A DNA stretch of 64,000 nt, from assembly GCA_033581555.1 (NCBI GenBank), contig JAVQSZ010000005.1, positions 1 through 64,000 on the forward strand, read 5' to 3'. Under the pieces are notes generated by a model, which searched no databases, had not been told where the DNA came from, and saw only the letters and a program-made list of their open reading frames with translations. This stretch comes from Nitrososphaerota archaeon. GTDB taxonomy: Archaea > Thermoproteota > Nitrososphaeria_A > Caldarchaeales > Calditenuaceae. Positions within the stretch are counted from its first letter, which is position 1. Every line of letters starts with the position of its first letter. Position numbers and translations under genes: made by a program. Below are positions 36,828 to 46,593 of this stretch, piece by piece.

Positions 36828-38012
36828 ATGGACCGACCGTTGAAGGACGTGAAGGTGCTCGACCTGAGCCGCGTGATGGCGGGGCCCTTCTGCACGATGG
36901 TCCTCGCAGATCTAGGGGCCGAGGTGATCAAGGTGGAGCCGCCGGAGGGAGACGATTCGAGGAGATTCACGCCGATCGTCGACGGCGAGAGCGCGTACTT
37001 CGCCAGCGTCAACAGGAACAAGAAGAGCGTCGTAGTGGACCTGAAGAGGCCCTCGGGCCAGGAGGTCGTCAGGAGGCTCGCGAGGAGGTCCGACGTGGTG
37101 ATCGAGAACTTCAGGCCGGGCGTCGCGAAGAGGCTCGGCGTCTCCTACGAGGACCTCAGCTCCCTGAACCCCTCACTGATCTATTGCAGCATCACCGGCT
37201 TCGGCCAGACCGGCATCTACTCTCAGAAGCCCGGATACGACCTGATCGCGCTGGCCATGAGCGGCATGATGGACCTCACGGGAGAGCCCGAGGGCGAGCC
37301 GGTTAAGTTCGCGGTCCCGATTGCCGACATCGCTGCGGGGACGTTCGCGGCCATCTCGATACTCGCGGCCCTGATCGAGAGGTCGAGGACCGGAAGGGGC
37401 GCGTACATCGACGTCTCCATGCTCGACGTAATGCTCTACCTGCTCACGCACCAGGCCTCGGCCTTCCTCCTCGCGGGTGAGGTTCCCAGGAGGATGGGTT
37501 CGGCCCACCCCTCGATCGTCCCGTATCAGGCCTTCAGGGCCTCGGACGGTTACGTCATCGTCGCGGTGGCGAACGAACCCCAGTGGCAGAGGCTCTGCGC
37601 GGCTCTCGGGGTCCCGGAGCTCGCTGAGGACGAGAAGTTCCGCACCAACGGCGACAGGGTCAGGAACAGGACCCAGCTGCTGGACATCCTCGGCCCGATC
37701 TTCGCCAAGAGGACCGTCGCCGAGTGGGTCGCGGACCTCGAGCGGGCCGACGTCCCGGTCGCACCTGTCAGATCCGTCAGGGAGGCCCTTACGGACCCCT
37801 ACGTCGACGAGAGGGGAATGGTCGAGAGGGTACGGCACCCAACGCTCGGTGAGGTGGCGCTACTGGCCTTCCCGGTCGTCGTCTCCGGCCTCAGGCCCAG
37901 GGTCAGGAGTCCGCCGCCCACTCTGGGCCAGCACACTGGAGAGGTCCTCAGGTCGCTGGGCTATACCGAGGTCGAGATCGAGGCCCTCAGAAGGGAGGGC
38001 GCGGTCAAGTGA
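36828..38012 (+). CDS. Family III CoA transferase (CaiB/BaiF)
   Basis: VLDLSRVMAGP, LADLGAEVIKVE, NRNKKS, ENFRPG, GYD. Confidence 0.95.
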   Translation: MDRPLKDVKVLDLSRVMAGPFCTMVLADLGAEVIKVEPPEGDDSRRFTPIVDGESAYFASVNRNKKSVVVDLKRPSGQEVVRRLARRSDVVIENFRPGVAKRLGVSYEDLSSLNPSLIYCSITGFGQTGIYSQKPGYDLIALAMSGMMDLTGEPEGEPVKFAVPIADIAAGTFAAISILAALIERSRTGRGAYIDVSMLDVMLYLLTHQASAFLLAGEVPRRMGSAHPSIVPYQAFRASDGYVIVAVANEPQWQRLCAALGVPELAEDEKFRTNGDRVRNRTQLLDILGPIFAKRTVAEWVADLERADVPVAPVRSVREALTDPYVDERGMVERVRHPTLGEVALLAFPVVVSGLRPRVRSPPPTLGQHTGEVLRSLGYTEVEIEALRREGAVK

Positions 38013-38018
38013 GGGGAC

Positions 38019-39434
38019 ATGTCCGGTGACCGTCTGCTGGAGCTGGGAGCCGCGGAGCTAGCGGAGAGGATAAGGACCTGCGAGCTCTCGCCAGTCGACC
38101 TGATCGAGAGGCTCCTCGACCACATACGGCGACACAACGGCCTCCTGAACGCGTTCATCACGGTGGCCTCCGAGTCGAGCTTGAAGGAGGCGGAGGTGAT
38201 GGAACGCGAGGCGAGGGAGGGAAGGTTGAGGGGGCCTCTTCACGGCGTGCCGGTAGCGGTGAAGGACCTGATACACGTCAGGGGGATGAGGTTCACGGCA
38301 GGCTCGAGAATACTCTCCGACTCGCGCTCGGAGTCCGATGCGACCGTCGTCGAGAGGCTGAAGAGCGCGGGTGCGATTGTGCTGGGCAAGACTAACCTCC
38401 ACGAGTTCGGTTCTGGGACGACGAACGTCAACCCCCACTACGGCCCTTGCAGGAATCCCTGGTCCCCCGAGAGGATCTCGGGCGGCTCGAGCGGCGGATC
38501 CGCGGCGGCCGTCGCGGCGCTGATGAGCCCTCTGGCGCTCGGGACTGACACCAGCGGCTCGATCAGGATCCCGGCGTCGCTCTGCGGCGTGGTCGGGCTG
38601 AAGCCTACTTATGGTCTGGTCAGCAGGCACGGCGTCATGCCCCTGTCCCCGACGCTCGACCACGTGGGCCCGATGGCGAGGAGCGTCAGGGACGTCGCGG
38701 TGGCCCTCGAGGTCATCGCGGGCTTCGACCCCATGGACGAGTCCTCGGTGGTCTACGACGTCCCGAGTTACGCGGACGCGCTGGAGCAGGACGTCGAGGG
38801 CCTCAGGGTCTGCCTGCTGGAGGGGCAGTTCGAGGTACCTCCCGACGAGGAGGTCGAGAGGGGGTTGTCGAGGGCCGTCGATGCGCTCTCCCGCGCAGGA
38901 GTCGAGGTCGTCGAGGAGAAGTTCGCCGCGGCCCAGAGGGTCAGGGAGTGCTGGGCGCCGATAAGGCTCGGCGAGGCAGCCGCGGTCCACGACGAGTGGC
39001 TCAGGACGAGGCCCCTGGACTACGGCGAGGACGTGAGGATGATGCTCGAGAGGGGGAGGGCTTTCACGGCCGTCGACTACGTTAGGGCCCTCTGGCTGAG
39101 GAGGGAGATCAGGAAGGAGCTGCTGGAGCTCCTGAAGCGCTTCGACGCAGTCCTGTGTTGCTCCACGCCAATCACCGCCCCTAGAATCGGCGAGTCGTCC
39201 GTTACCGTCAGAGGGGAAAGCTACGAGGTCTACACCGCCCTCACGAGCTGGACCATCCTCTTCAACGTCACCGGCTTCCCGGCCGTCTCGGTGCCCGTCG
39301 GCCTATCGAGGGAGGGGCTTCCCATCTCTGTCCAGATCGCGGGGAGACCGTTCGACGAGTCGACCTTGCTGAGGCTCGCGCGCTCGCTCGAGCAGGAGCT
39401 GGACCTCAGGCTCGTCCCGCCGATCGCGAGGTGA
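38019..39434 (+). CDS. Amidase-signature family enzyme
   Basis: [31 protein letters not shown]. Confidence 0.95.
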   Translation: MSGDRLLELGAAELAERIRTCELSPVDLIERLLDHIRRHNGLLNAFITVASESSLKEAEVMEREAREGRLRGPLHGVPVAVKDLIHVRGMRFTAGSRILSDSRSESDATVVERLKSAGAIVLGKTNLHEFGSGTTNVNPHYGPCRNPWSPERISGGSSGGSAAAVAALMSPLALGTDTSGSIRIPASLCGVVGLKPTYGLVSRHGVMPLSPTLDHVGPMARSVRDVAVALEVIAGFDPMDESSVVYDVPSYADALEQDVEGLRVCLLEGQFEVPPDEEVERGLSRAVDALSRAGVEVVEEKFAAAQRVRECWAPIRLGEAAAVHDEWLRTRPLDYGEDVRMMLERGRAFTAVDYVRALWLRREIRKELLELLKRFDAVLCCSTPITAPRIGESSVTVRGESYEVYTALTSWTILFNVTGFPAVSVPVGLSREGLPISVQIAGRPFDESTLLRLARSLEQELDLRLVPPIAR

Positions 39435-39495
39435 CGCCCGCCCGGGCCGTAGGTCACCAAAAGTGTTTTAACCCGTGAAGGGACTGTATCAGGCA

Positions 39496-40245
39496 ATGAA
39501 GCTGGTCAGGATGGAGGAGGCCGTTGGGCTCATCGAGGACGGCTCCACGGTCACGATCAGCGGCATCTCCTTCTCGAGGAACCCGATGGCGTTCATCTTC
39601 GCCCTCGAGAGGGGCGGGGTCAGGGGCTTGGGCTTCGTCGACAGAGAGCCTGGGGTCGGGTTGGAGTACATGGTCAAGAAGGGAATGGTGAGGAGCGTCA
39701 GGGCCGCGATGGTCTCGCTCGAGTGGTTCGGGATACCCGTGAACTTCAGGAGGGCGATCGAGAGGGGCGAGGTCGAGTTCCTCGAGGACACCTGCGGCGC
39801 CTTCATGGCCGGGATCAGGGCCGGCGCTTTCGGGATACCGTTCATGCCGGTCAGGGGAGTCCTGGGGTCGGACCTCGTCGGGCTTCACGAGGAGGCGGGG
39901 ACATGGAGGGTCATCAGGGACCCGTTCAACGGCGGGGACGTCGTCCTGGTGAAGGCGATAGTGCCGGACGTCGCGGTGATCCACTGCCACAGGGCCGACC
40001 CGCTCGGGAACGCGGAGATCGAGGGCCCGATCTACGAGGACGAGTTCAAAGCGAAGGCCGCGAGGAAGGTGATCGTCACGGCGGAGGAGATCGTCGACGA
40101 GGACTACTTCAAGGGCAGGAGGCCCACAATCCACTCGACCTATGTGACAGCAGTCGTCCATGCACCGGGAGGCGCGAAGCCCACGGGGATGTTCAGGCTC
40201 TACGACCCCGATTACGACGCGATCTGGAACCTCCTCAGCCAGTGA
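39496..40245 (+). CDS. Family I CoA transferase subunit A (glutaconate/3-oxoadipate type)
   Basis: IEDGSTVTISG, RAGAFGIPFMP.RG.LGSD, DVAVIH..RAD..GN, VIVTAEEIV. Confidence 0.9.
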   Translation: MKLVRMEEAVGLIEDGSTVTISGISFSRNPMAFIFALERGGVRGLGFVDREPGVGLEYMVKKGMVRSVRAAMVSLEWFGIPVNFRRAIERGEVEFLEDTCGAFMAGIRAGAFGIPFMPVRGVLGSDLVGLHEEAGTWRVIRDPFNGGDVVLVKAIVPDVAVIHCHRADPLGNAEIEGPIYEDEFKAKAARKVIVTAEEIVDEDYFKGRRPTIHSTYVTAVVHAPGGAKPTGMFRLYDPDYDAIWNLLSQ

Positions 40246-40358
40246 TCGGTCAGGCTAGGGACAGAACTTGACGCGGTCGCGCCCGAAAGCGATCACAGGA
40301 CCTGATCCTAACGCTCTATTACCGGATATCGGTCAGAGGCACGGGAGGACGGGTTCGA

Positions 40359-40502
40359 ATGAGATCGAGAGGGCTGCTGAGGCTCCTATGGGAGGATGAG
40401 GACTTCCGCTGCGCTGTGGGGGGCACCGTAGGGGTCGACGAGCTATCGAGGAGGCTCTTCGTGGTTGAGGGCGAAACGGTCGATGTTGACCTCTACTGCT
40501 AG
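40359..40502 (+). pseudogene. Remnant of an archaeal coiled-coil/PD-(D/E)XK (DUF3782/paREP-like) gene
   Basis: 47-codon ORF MRSRGLLRLLWEDEDFRCAVGGTVGVDELSRRL-FVVEGETVDVDLYC; first part recalls the LLRLLREDEEFRYAVAG N-terminus, last part the GEEVEVDLY nuclease strand. Confidence 0.5.
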
Positions 40503-40617
40503 GGCCGCGGGGGACGGCGAGAGGGCGGTCGTGCTCGTCGCGCGCTCAGTTCCTCTGGCCCGGTGGGACGGAAAGGAAGCAACGTTAAAATTTTAGGAAT
40601 CACCTAAAATCGGCGAG

Positions 40618-41202
40618 ATGTCCGGGCTGTCCCAGAGTCCCCGGAAGCTGCTCAAGGTGACGGAGGCAATAGGCGCGGTCTTCATCTTCTTCGCGGGCGC
40701 GGCGCTCCACTTCACGTTCGAGTGGTCGGGACACAACGTCTTCGTGGGCCTCTTCTCCGCGGTCAACGAGAGCGTCTGGGAGCACCTGAAGCTCGCCTAC
40801 TTCCCGGCGGTCTGGTTAGGACTGGTCCAGTACGCCCTTCTACGGAAGCACTACCCCAACTTCTTCGCGGGCAAGGCGACGGGCGTCTTCTCGGTCCCGG
40901 TGATCATCGTTGTCGGCTTCTATGGCTACCAGGCGATCTTCAGGAGCCACAACCTCGCCTACGACATAGGCCTCTTCGTCTTCTCGGTCGTCGTGGGCCA
41001 GTTCGTCAGCTACAAGATGGTGGTCAAGTACGGGAACAGGAGCCCGCCCCAGCTCCTGCCGGTGATAGCACTTGCCGCGTACGCCGTCGCCTTCTTCGCC
41101 TTCACCTTCGAGCCGCCGAGGCTGGAGCCCTTCAGGGACCCGATCACGGGAGAGTACGGGATCCACGCGGCGCTCCACCATCACCACCACTCGGGTCACT
41201 GA
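40618..41202 (+). CDS. Membrane protein (DUF6512-like) with His-rich C-terminus
   Basis: GAALHFTFEWSG, FSAVNESVWEHLKL, FTFEPP..PFRDP.TG.YGI; ends HHHHHSGH. Confidence 0.8.
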   Translation: MSGLSQSPRKLLKVTEAIGAVFIFFAGAALHFTFEWSGHNVFVGLFSAVNESVWEHLKLAYFPAVWLGLVQYALLRKHYPNFFAGKATGVFSVPVIIVVGFYGYQAIFRSHNLAYDIGLFVFSVVVGQFVSYKMVVKYGNRSPPQLLPVIALAAYAVAFFAFTFEPPRLEPFRDPITGEYGIHAALHHHHHSGH

Positions 41203-41265
41203 GTCCGGGCCTCGACACCCCCTTTTTTCACCGATAATAGCAAGATGGGCGGAATTAGGCGTGGG

Positions 41266-42012
41266 ATGGCCTCGAGGAGGAACTTCCTCAGGAGCGGTGC
41301 CTTCGTCTCGATCGCCCTCAGCCTCGGGGCGGTGGGACTTACCATCCTCGCACCACTAATAGGAGGGAACGGCACGCGCGACGGCGGGAGGACCGTCTTG
41401 AAGGCGATCAGGCTCCCCAGGCCCCGGACCGACGGCCCCCTCTCCGTGGAGCAGGCGATCCTCCGGAGGAGGTCAAGGAGGGAGTACACCGGGGAGCCCC
41501 TGACGGTCGAGGAGGTGGCGCAGCTCCTCTGGGCGGCGCAGGGCATCACGGCTCCTCACCTCTGGACCGGCCTCAGGTCGGCCCCCTCCGCCGGAGGCCT
41601 CTACCCGTTGGAGACCTACGTCGTCGTCAAGGAGGGCGGGGTGATCGGGCTGGAGGCGGGTGTCTACCGCTACGACCCGCACGGGCACGAGCTAGAGATG
41701 GTTGCCGCGGGCGACCACAGCGGGCAGCTGATGGCCGCGTGCGTGGACCAGGAGTGGGTCGGGTCCGCGGCGGTGAACGTCGTCTTCACGGCGGTCGTCG
41801 AGAGGACCAGGGCCCGTTATGGCGACAGGGCCCTCCAGTACGTCTTCCAGGAGTCCGGACACGCGGCGCAGAACGTCTACCTCCAGGCCGAGTCCCTCGG
41901 TCTCGGGTGCGTGGTGGTGGGAGCGTTCTACGAGGACGAGGTCCGGGCGATACTCAGGGCCCCGAGGCGCGAGCTCCCGGTCTACGTGATCCCCGTTGGG
42001 AGGCCCGCGTGA
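41266..42012 (+). CDS. SagB/ThcOx-type nitroreductase-fold flavoprotein with twin-arginine signal
   Basis: MASRRNFL plus hydrophobic stretch; RRRSRREY, QLLWAAQG, RSAPSAGGLYPLE, ESGHAAQNVYL. Confidence 0.9.
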   Translation: MASRRNFLRSGAFVSIALSLGAVGLTILAPLIGGNGTRDGGRTVLKAIRLPRPRTDGPLSVEQAILRRRSRREYTGEPLTVEEVAQLLWAAQGITAPHLWTGLRSAPSAGGLYPLETYVVVKEGGVIGLEAGVYRYDPHGHELEMVAAGDHSGQLMAACVDQEWVGSAAVNVVFTAVVERTRARYGDRALQYVFQESGHAAQNVYLQAESLGLGCVVVGAFYEDEVRAILRAPRRELPVYVIPVGRPA

Positions 42013-42571
42013 GCGGCTCGCGGCCCAGAGGGCCGCTCTCGCGGTGCTCCTCGGGCCCGTGGTCTTCCTCCTCGCGCTCGGTTTCGAACCCCTCACAGAG
42101 GAGCCCGTTCCGTCGCTGAGCCATAGGGACCTGAAGGGAGACGGCTGGTTGGGGTACAGGCTCGGTTACGCGGGGACCGCGATGCTGCTCCTCGCGCAGG
42201 CCTACCTCTTCAGGCCTGGGATGCTGGCGAGGAGGGAGTGGCTCGACGTCCACTGCTACCTCACCACCGCCGGCGGCCTCCTCGTGCTGGTCCACTCGGG
42301 CTTCCCGTTCTCGTTCGAGTACTGGAACCCCTTTGAGCGGGTCTATCCGCGCCTCGGGCTCTACGGACTGGTCGGGCTGCAGGGGCTCGCAGCCTGGCTG
42401 GTCGTCGCGCTGGTCGCCAGCGGCCTCTTCGGGAGGTACGCCCGCGCCTCGTCCCCGGCGGCCTTCAGGCTCTGGCGCGCACTCCACTCCGCGCTCTCGG
42501 GGGCGCTCTACGTCTCCGGGACCGTGCACCTAGTCATCGCGGTCCTCCTCAGACACGTGTCGGCCGCGTGA
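41996..42571 (+). CDS. Membrane protein with four TM His, putative di-heme cytochrome b (ferric reductase-like)
   Basis: WLDVHCYL...LVLVHSG and WRALHSAL...GTVHLV; start codon uncertain. Confidence 0.7.
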   Translation: MGGPRERLAAQRAALAVLLGPVVFLLALGFEPLTEEPVPSLSHRDLKGDGWLGYRLGYAGTAMLLLAQAYLFRPGMLARREWLDVHCYLTTAGGLLVLVHSGFPFSFEYWNPFERVYPRLGLYGLVGLQGLAAWLVVALVASGLFGRYARASSPAAFRLWRALHSALSGALYVSGTVHLVIAVLLRHVSAA

Positions 42572-42670
42572 CTCCTGACTCGACCCAAGTCGCTTCACGG
42601 TAGGTCGAGGCCACGGTCGGTCCACTGAGCCGATCCCGAGTTTCGGCAAAACTGCGACCATTGACGGATG

Positions 42671-42708
42671 ATGCGGGTCGGGCCTCTGCGGGGCGTCCCT
42701 CCACCAGG
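42671..42708 (-). other. 3' arm of 16S pre-rRNA processing stem with bulge-helix-bulge
   Basis: Complementary to 44205-44245; central helix GCGG/CCGC flanked by two AGA bulges. Confidence 0.85.
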
Positions 42709-42711
42709 TCA

Positions 42712-44201
<1,490 letters not shown>

Positions 44202-44204
44202 CCG

Positions 44205-44245
44205 CCTGGTGGCAGGGGAACGCCTCTCCGCAACCCGACCCGCAT
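44205..44245 (-). other. 5' arm of 16S pre-rRNA processing stem (BHB)
   Basis: ATGCGGGTCGGGTT-GCGG-AGA-GGCGTTCCCCTGCCACCAGG pairs with the 3' flank. Confidence 0.85.
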
Positions 44246-44385
44246 TAGACCCGAAGCGTGACCTCGGGTCCTCATCCTGTAGCCAGGACCGGATACCGCC
44301 CCATCACCGCCGGCGCCTCTCGCCTCCCTCTGGGGCGGCGCCGCCTTGAGTCCTGGCTCCAACTCTATTCATACAAATGGTCGCC

Positions 44386-44393
44386 AAATAAAT
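44386..44393 (-). promoter_or_regulatory. Probable TATA box of the 16S gene
   Basis: TTTATTT on the minus strand within an AT-rich patch about 185 nt upstream of the mature 5' end. Confidence 0.5.
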
Positions 44394-44487
44394 CTTACGC
44401 GACCATCGACTAGCACCGAGCCCTGACCGATACCGTGGATCGACTCGCCATCGTGTCAGCCTCAAGTGGAGGGTCGAGCGCGGTCCC

Positions 44488-45195
44488 ATGGGCTTGAGCG
44501 CGGCCGACGGCCTCGGGTTCAGGACCGGCCTCGAGCCGCTGGACTCCGCGACCGGAGGGCTGCCCCGTGGCAAGCTCCTCGTGATATCCGGAGAGGAGAA
44601 GTCGGGCAGGACGAGCCTCCTCCTCCAGCTCTGCGCGATCGCGGCCTCGGAGGGACGGAGGTGCCTACTGATCGACCCGGCATCGAAGCTGCACGCCTCT
44701 AGACTGAAGTCGGTCTGCGAGGCGCGACGGGCCGACCTCTCCGTGATCTGGATATCCTCGCCGCAGACGCTCAGGGAGCAGACGAGGTACATCCTCAAGG
44801 CCGCAGAGCTCCTGGACGAGGGCGGCGTGCTGGCCGTCGACAACTTGACCTACCTGTACCGCGTCGAGCTTACCGGAGACCTCGCCTCGGACAGGCCGAA
44901 GTTCATGGAGCTGGCGTTCGAGTTAGCGGCCTTGAAGCATGCCGCGCTCAGGTGGGAGTCCCTCTCGGCGGTCGTCTTCGACGTCCACGACGTCCCATCG
45001 GCAGGTCCCTTCGCGACCAGGCCCGTATCGGAGAACCTGCTGAGGCACTTCGCGGACCTGAGGGTCCACCTGACCAACGTCTCGGGGGAGCTGAAGTCGC
45101 TGACGTACGAGCTCGGCGAGCTCTCGGGTAAGCTGACCGTGAGGACCACGTCCTCCGGGATCGAGCCGGTCCCTCAACCGCCCGCCGTCTTCTGA
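44488..45195 (+). CDS. RadB-like RecA-superfamily protein
   Basis: TGLEPLDSATGGLPRG, Walker A variant GEEKSGRT, VLAVDNLTYLYR; no N-terminal HhH domain. Confidence 0.8.
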   Translation: MGLSAADGLGFRTGLEPLDSATGGLPRGKLLVISGEEKSGRTSLLLQLCAIAASEGRRCLLIDPASKLHASRLKSVCEARRADLSVIWISSPQTLREQTRYILKAAELLDEGGVLAVDNLTYLYRVELTGDLASDRPKFMELAFELAALKHAALRWESLSAVVFDVHDVPSAGPFATRPVSENLLRHFADLRVHLTNVSGELKSLTYELGELSGKLTVRTTSSGIEPVPQPPAVF

Positions 45196-45563
45196 AGGAA
45201 GGCCAGCAGGACCGTAAGGAGCCCGAGGATGATCAGGCCGGCCGAGGCTGCCGCCACACCGCCGCCCCTGGTGCCGAGCCTGCCCGTAAGGCCGAGGTGG
45301 AGGACGAAGAGGCCGCCGGTCGTCAACGAGTACCCCAGCGCGACCAACACGAACTCCGAGATCGTCTGGCCCGTGAGCGACGGGAAGATCGCCTGCCTCC
45401 CGTAGAGCGGCGGTGGGGCTGAGACGAGGACGTAGACGAGCCCGCTCGCGATGAGGATCGACGCGATGACTGCCGCGACGCCCAGGAACGACTTCAGCCT
45501 CTCCGAGCCTCCCCTGTAGGTCAGGACCTGGAAGACGAACCTGGCGACCCTCCGTGCCATCAT
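45174..45563 (-). CDS. Three-TM protein resembling oligosaccharyltransferase accessory subunit OSTC/DC2 (OST3/OST6 family TM region)
   Basis: SGLVYVLVSAPP...GQTISE...GGLFVL...FLQK..G motif order matches my recollection of OSTC. Confidence 0.6.
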   Translation of the reverse strand: MMARRVARFVFQVLTYRGGSERLKSFLGVAAVIASILIASGLVYVLVSAPPPLYGRQAIFPSLTGQTISEFVLVALGYSLTTGGLFVLHLGLTGRLGTRGGGVAAASAGLIILGLLTVLLAFLQKTAGG

Positions 45564-45585
45564 GGCTCGAATCGGACGCCCGGCT

Positions 45586-46593
45586 TTATGGATGACCCCC
45601 CGAACCCTCGGGCGATTCGTAGAGGTGGCAGGCGACGTACCTCTCCCCCCTGACCCTGACGAGGGCCGGGTCCACGACGTCGCACTTGCCCTTCATGAAG
45701 AAGGGGCACCTCGGGTGGAACCTGCAGCCCGAAGGCGGGTTCACAAGGCTCGGCGGCTGGCCCGGAGCCACCTTCCTCATCCTGAACCTGTTCGCCGGGT
45801 CTGGGTCCGGTATCGCCTCGATGAGGGCCTGCGTGTAGGGGTGAAGGGGCTCGCCGAGGACCTCCCTTGTGGGCCCGAGCTCGACGATCTTCCCGGCGTA
45901 CATGATCGCGATCCTCTCGGAGAAGTACTTCGCGGTCGCCATGTCGTGGGTGATGTAGAGGAACGAGACGTTGTGCTTCTGCTGGATCTCCTTGAATAGC
46001 AGCAGTATCTCGACCCTAATCGAGGCGTCGAGCATCGAGACGGGCTCGTCCGCGACGACGAAGTCCGGGTTCGTGATGATCGCCCTCGCGATCGCGACCC
46101 TCTGCCTCTGCCCCCCGCTGAGCATGTGCGGGTACTTGGACGCGAAGAACTCGGGAGGCGTCAGCCTGACGTCCTCGAGCGCCCTCATCACCATCTCCCT
46201 CCTCTCCTCAGGCGTCCCGATCCCGTTGACGACGAGCGGCTCCTCGATGATCCTGTATACCGTGAAGACGGGGTTCAGGCTGGCGTAGGGGTCCTGGAAG
46301 ACGACGCCCATCCTCCTCCTGATGCGCTTCATGCCCTTCTCGTCGAGTCTCGTTATGTCGGTCCCGTCGAAGACTATCCTGCCACCGCTCGGCTTGACCA
46401 GTCCCAGTAACGCTCTGCCGAGGGTCGTCTTGCCCGACCCGCTCTCGCCGACCAGCGCGATCGTCTCGCCCTTAGAGACCTCGAGGCTGACCCCGTCCAC
46501 CGCCCTAACGTACCCGGCCGTCCTCAGGAACCTCCTTATCGGGAAGTAGACCTTCAGGTCCTCGACCGAGATCAGGCGTCCGGCGTCAGCCAC
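45586..46593 (-). CDS. oppF: Oligopeptide/dipeptide ABC ATPase (OppF/DppF)
   Basis: GESGSGKT, FQDPYASLNP, LSGGQRQR, HPYT..L, PPSGCRFHPRC. Confidence 0.93.
   Translation of the reverse strand: MADAGRLISVEDLKVYFPIRRFLRTAGYVRAVDGVSLEVSKGETIALVGESGSGKTTLGRALLGLVKPSGGRIVFDGTDITRLDEKGMKRIRRRMGVVFQDPYASLNPVFTVYRIIEEPLVVNGIGTPEERREMVMRALEDVRLTPPEFFASKYPHMLSGGQRQRVAIARAIITNPDFVVADEPVSMLDASIRVEILLLFKEIQQKHNVSFLYITHDMATAKYFSERIAIMYAGKIVELGPTREVLGEPLHPYTQALIEAIPDPDPANRFRMRKVAPGQPPSLVNPPSGCRFHPRCPFFMKGKCDVVDPALVRVRGERYVACHLYESPEGSGGHP

Noticed and set aside
38019-39434. GatA of the Glu-tRNA amidotransferase
   Set aside because: No gatB or gatC nearby, lacks the GatA-specific SSNLARYDG segment, and the context is catabolic
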